Shown here in pieces: positions 62,750 to 64,000 of a stretch of DNA of 64,000 nt. This DNA is from Mobula hypostoma (lineage: Eukaryota). Below the pieces are notes generated by a model. It was not told the origin of the DNA and made no database searches. It worked only from the letters and a program-made list of their open reading frames with translations. The position numbers and the translations under genes are program-made. How positions within the stretch are numbered: the stretch's first letter is position 1; the number at the start of each line of letters is the position of its first letter. The stretch spans positions 31,622,001 to 31,686,000 of the forward strand of contig NC_086097.1 of NCBI RefSeq assembly GCF_963921235.1, given 5' to 3'.

Positions 62750-63300
62750 AGAGGATGGGAGGTGAGAGGTGGAGACAACAGAGGGCTACAGATGGTGAAA
62801 CAAGGGAGGTGGGGAGGGCAGATGGAAACAGTGGGGGTGGGGACTCAGTGGGAGGAGGGTGTGGGTGATGGGCAGATGGAGTGGATGGAGGGAGGAAGAG
62901 AAATGGTAATGGGGGAAGGAGGGTGGTGGTGTGAATATAGGAGGAACTGGGTAGATCGAAAGGACAAAGAAAAGAGACAGGTGGGGAGCAGGCTACGTGA
63001 AATTAGAGAATTCGAATGCTCATGCCATCGGGTTGTTAACTAGCTAGCAGGGGTATGAAGTGCTGTTCCATTACTTTGTGCTAGGTCTCCCCCAGCATTG
63101 AAGGAGACTCCCCTACCCTGGAAAACAACAGTGACCGTTGAACTTATCTCAGCCTGTCACACACAAAACACTGCAGGAACTCAGCTGGTAGCAGCATCTA
63201 TGGATAGTAATGAAGAGTCCACATTTCGGGCCGAGACCCTTCAGGGTGTTGTTTACTCCCCCCCATGGATACTTCATGAGTTCCTGCAGTGTTCCTGCAG
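62750..63300 (-). mobile_element. Degenerate Penelope 3' fragment plus fold-back pLTR
   Basis: Similarity to the ORF end and purine tract; inverted AACACTGCAGGAACTCA / TGAGTTCCTGCAGTGTT flanking TTTCGGGCCGAGACCCTTC. Confidence 0.6.
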
Positions 63301-64000
63301 AAAATGCAAGAAAATACAAAGGCAAAAAATCCCATGTACAAAAATCATTAATGACACTTTTTATGAGGTAAATTGTGGAATACTATCACTGCAAACAGTG
63401 AACAGGTGAGCGGAGGTGAAGCTGACTCGAGGGATGAGCCGTGCTGGTGCGTTGCAAAGTCAGGGTGCAATGTGTTCGTGGCTGTTTTGGAGACAGAGAT
63501 GGAGTTGGAGCGAGTGATTCAGGGAGGAGCCAAGGTGGAGAAGTTTAGGTGCCCGTCCACCTAAACTGGGTGTGAGGTTGGATTGCTCAAAGCGCTGAGC
63601 CGATTTGGAGAGGTCGAGACTGAGCGGCAAAGTCTAGGCCCTGCGCCAGGGCTCTGTGGGACACGACCCAGTGTTTGGACGATTTAAACACTGGTCCAGA
63701 CAGACACGAAACTCAGGGCGCTGGGACCGAGGCGAGGGTCGGGCCGATTTTGCTCAGTCTCTCGCGATGTTCACTCCTCTCTCCGTGGCGCCGAGGCTGT
63801 GAGTTTGCTCCGGCAGCTGCATGCTTTGTGTCTGCGAGTTTCACGGCAGCCAGCCCCACTATATGATGAACTTGAGACCAAGGCTTTGGCCGTACAGTGG
63901 CTCCTCCGAGGGTTTGGGTCTGTGGATTCAATCTGATTCGAAATGCTGTTGCTTGCTTCTATTGTTTGCATGATTTGTGATATTTTTCTCTTTCTCTGCA

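Overview
Vertebrate genomic DNA. The repeat content (dense CR1 LINEs, V-SINE/HE1-like SINEs, Rex1/Babar, Penelope and Tc1 relics) suggests a cartilaginous fish, probably a ray; this is inference. The minus strand carries the CpG-island promoter and coding exons 1-18 of MTHFD1 (C1-tetrahydrofolate synthase). These give 1812 nt (604 codons) that splice in frame, and the gene continues off the left edge. Intron 4 uses a GC donor followed directly by a 4x48-bp minisatellite. Most intronic and upstream DNA is transposon-derived, often nested. The most interesting non-genic signal is a Penelope-like retroelement family (RT + GIY-YIG; two long copies, many short derivatives). Its terminal repeat contains a minimal type-I hammerhead ribozyme with a loop-less, palindromic stem III (reconstructed consensus ACAGUC-CUGAYGA-AGG-GUCUCGG-CCY-GAAAC-GUC^GACUGU). 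The terminal repeat also occurs alone as TSD-flanked monomers and fold-back palindromes, including a near-perfect 91-bp-arm hairpin fused inside the ribozyme core. All calls were made by eye; repeat boundaries are approximate unless TSDs are given.
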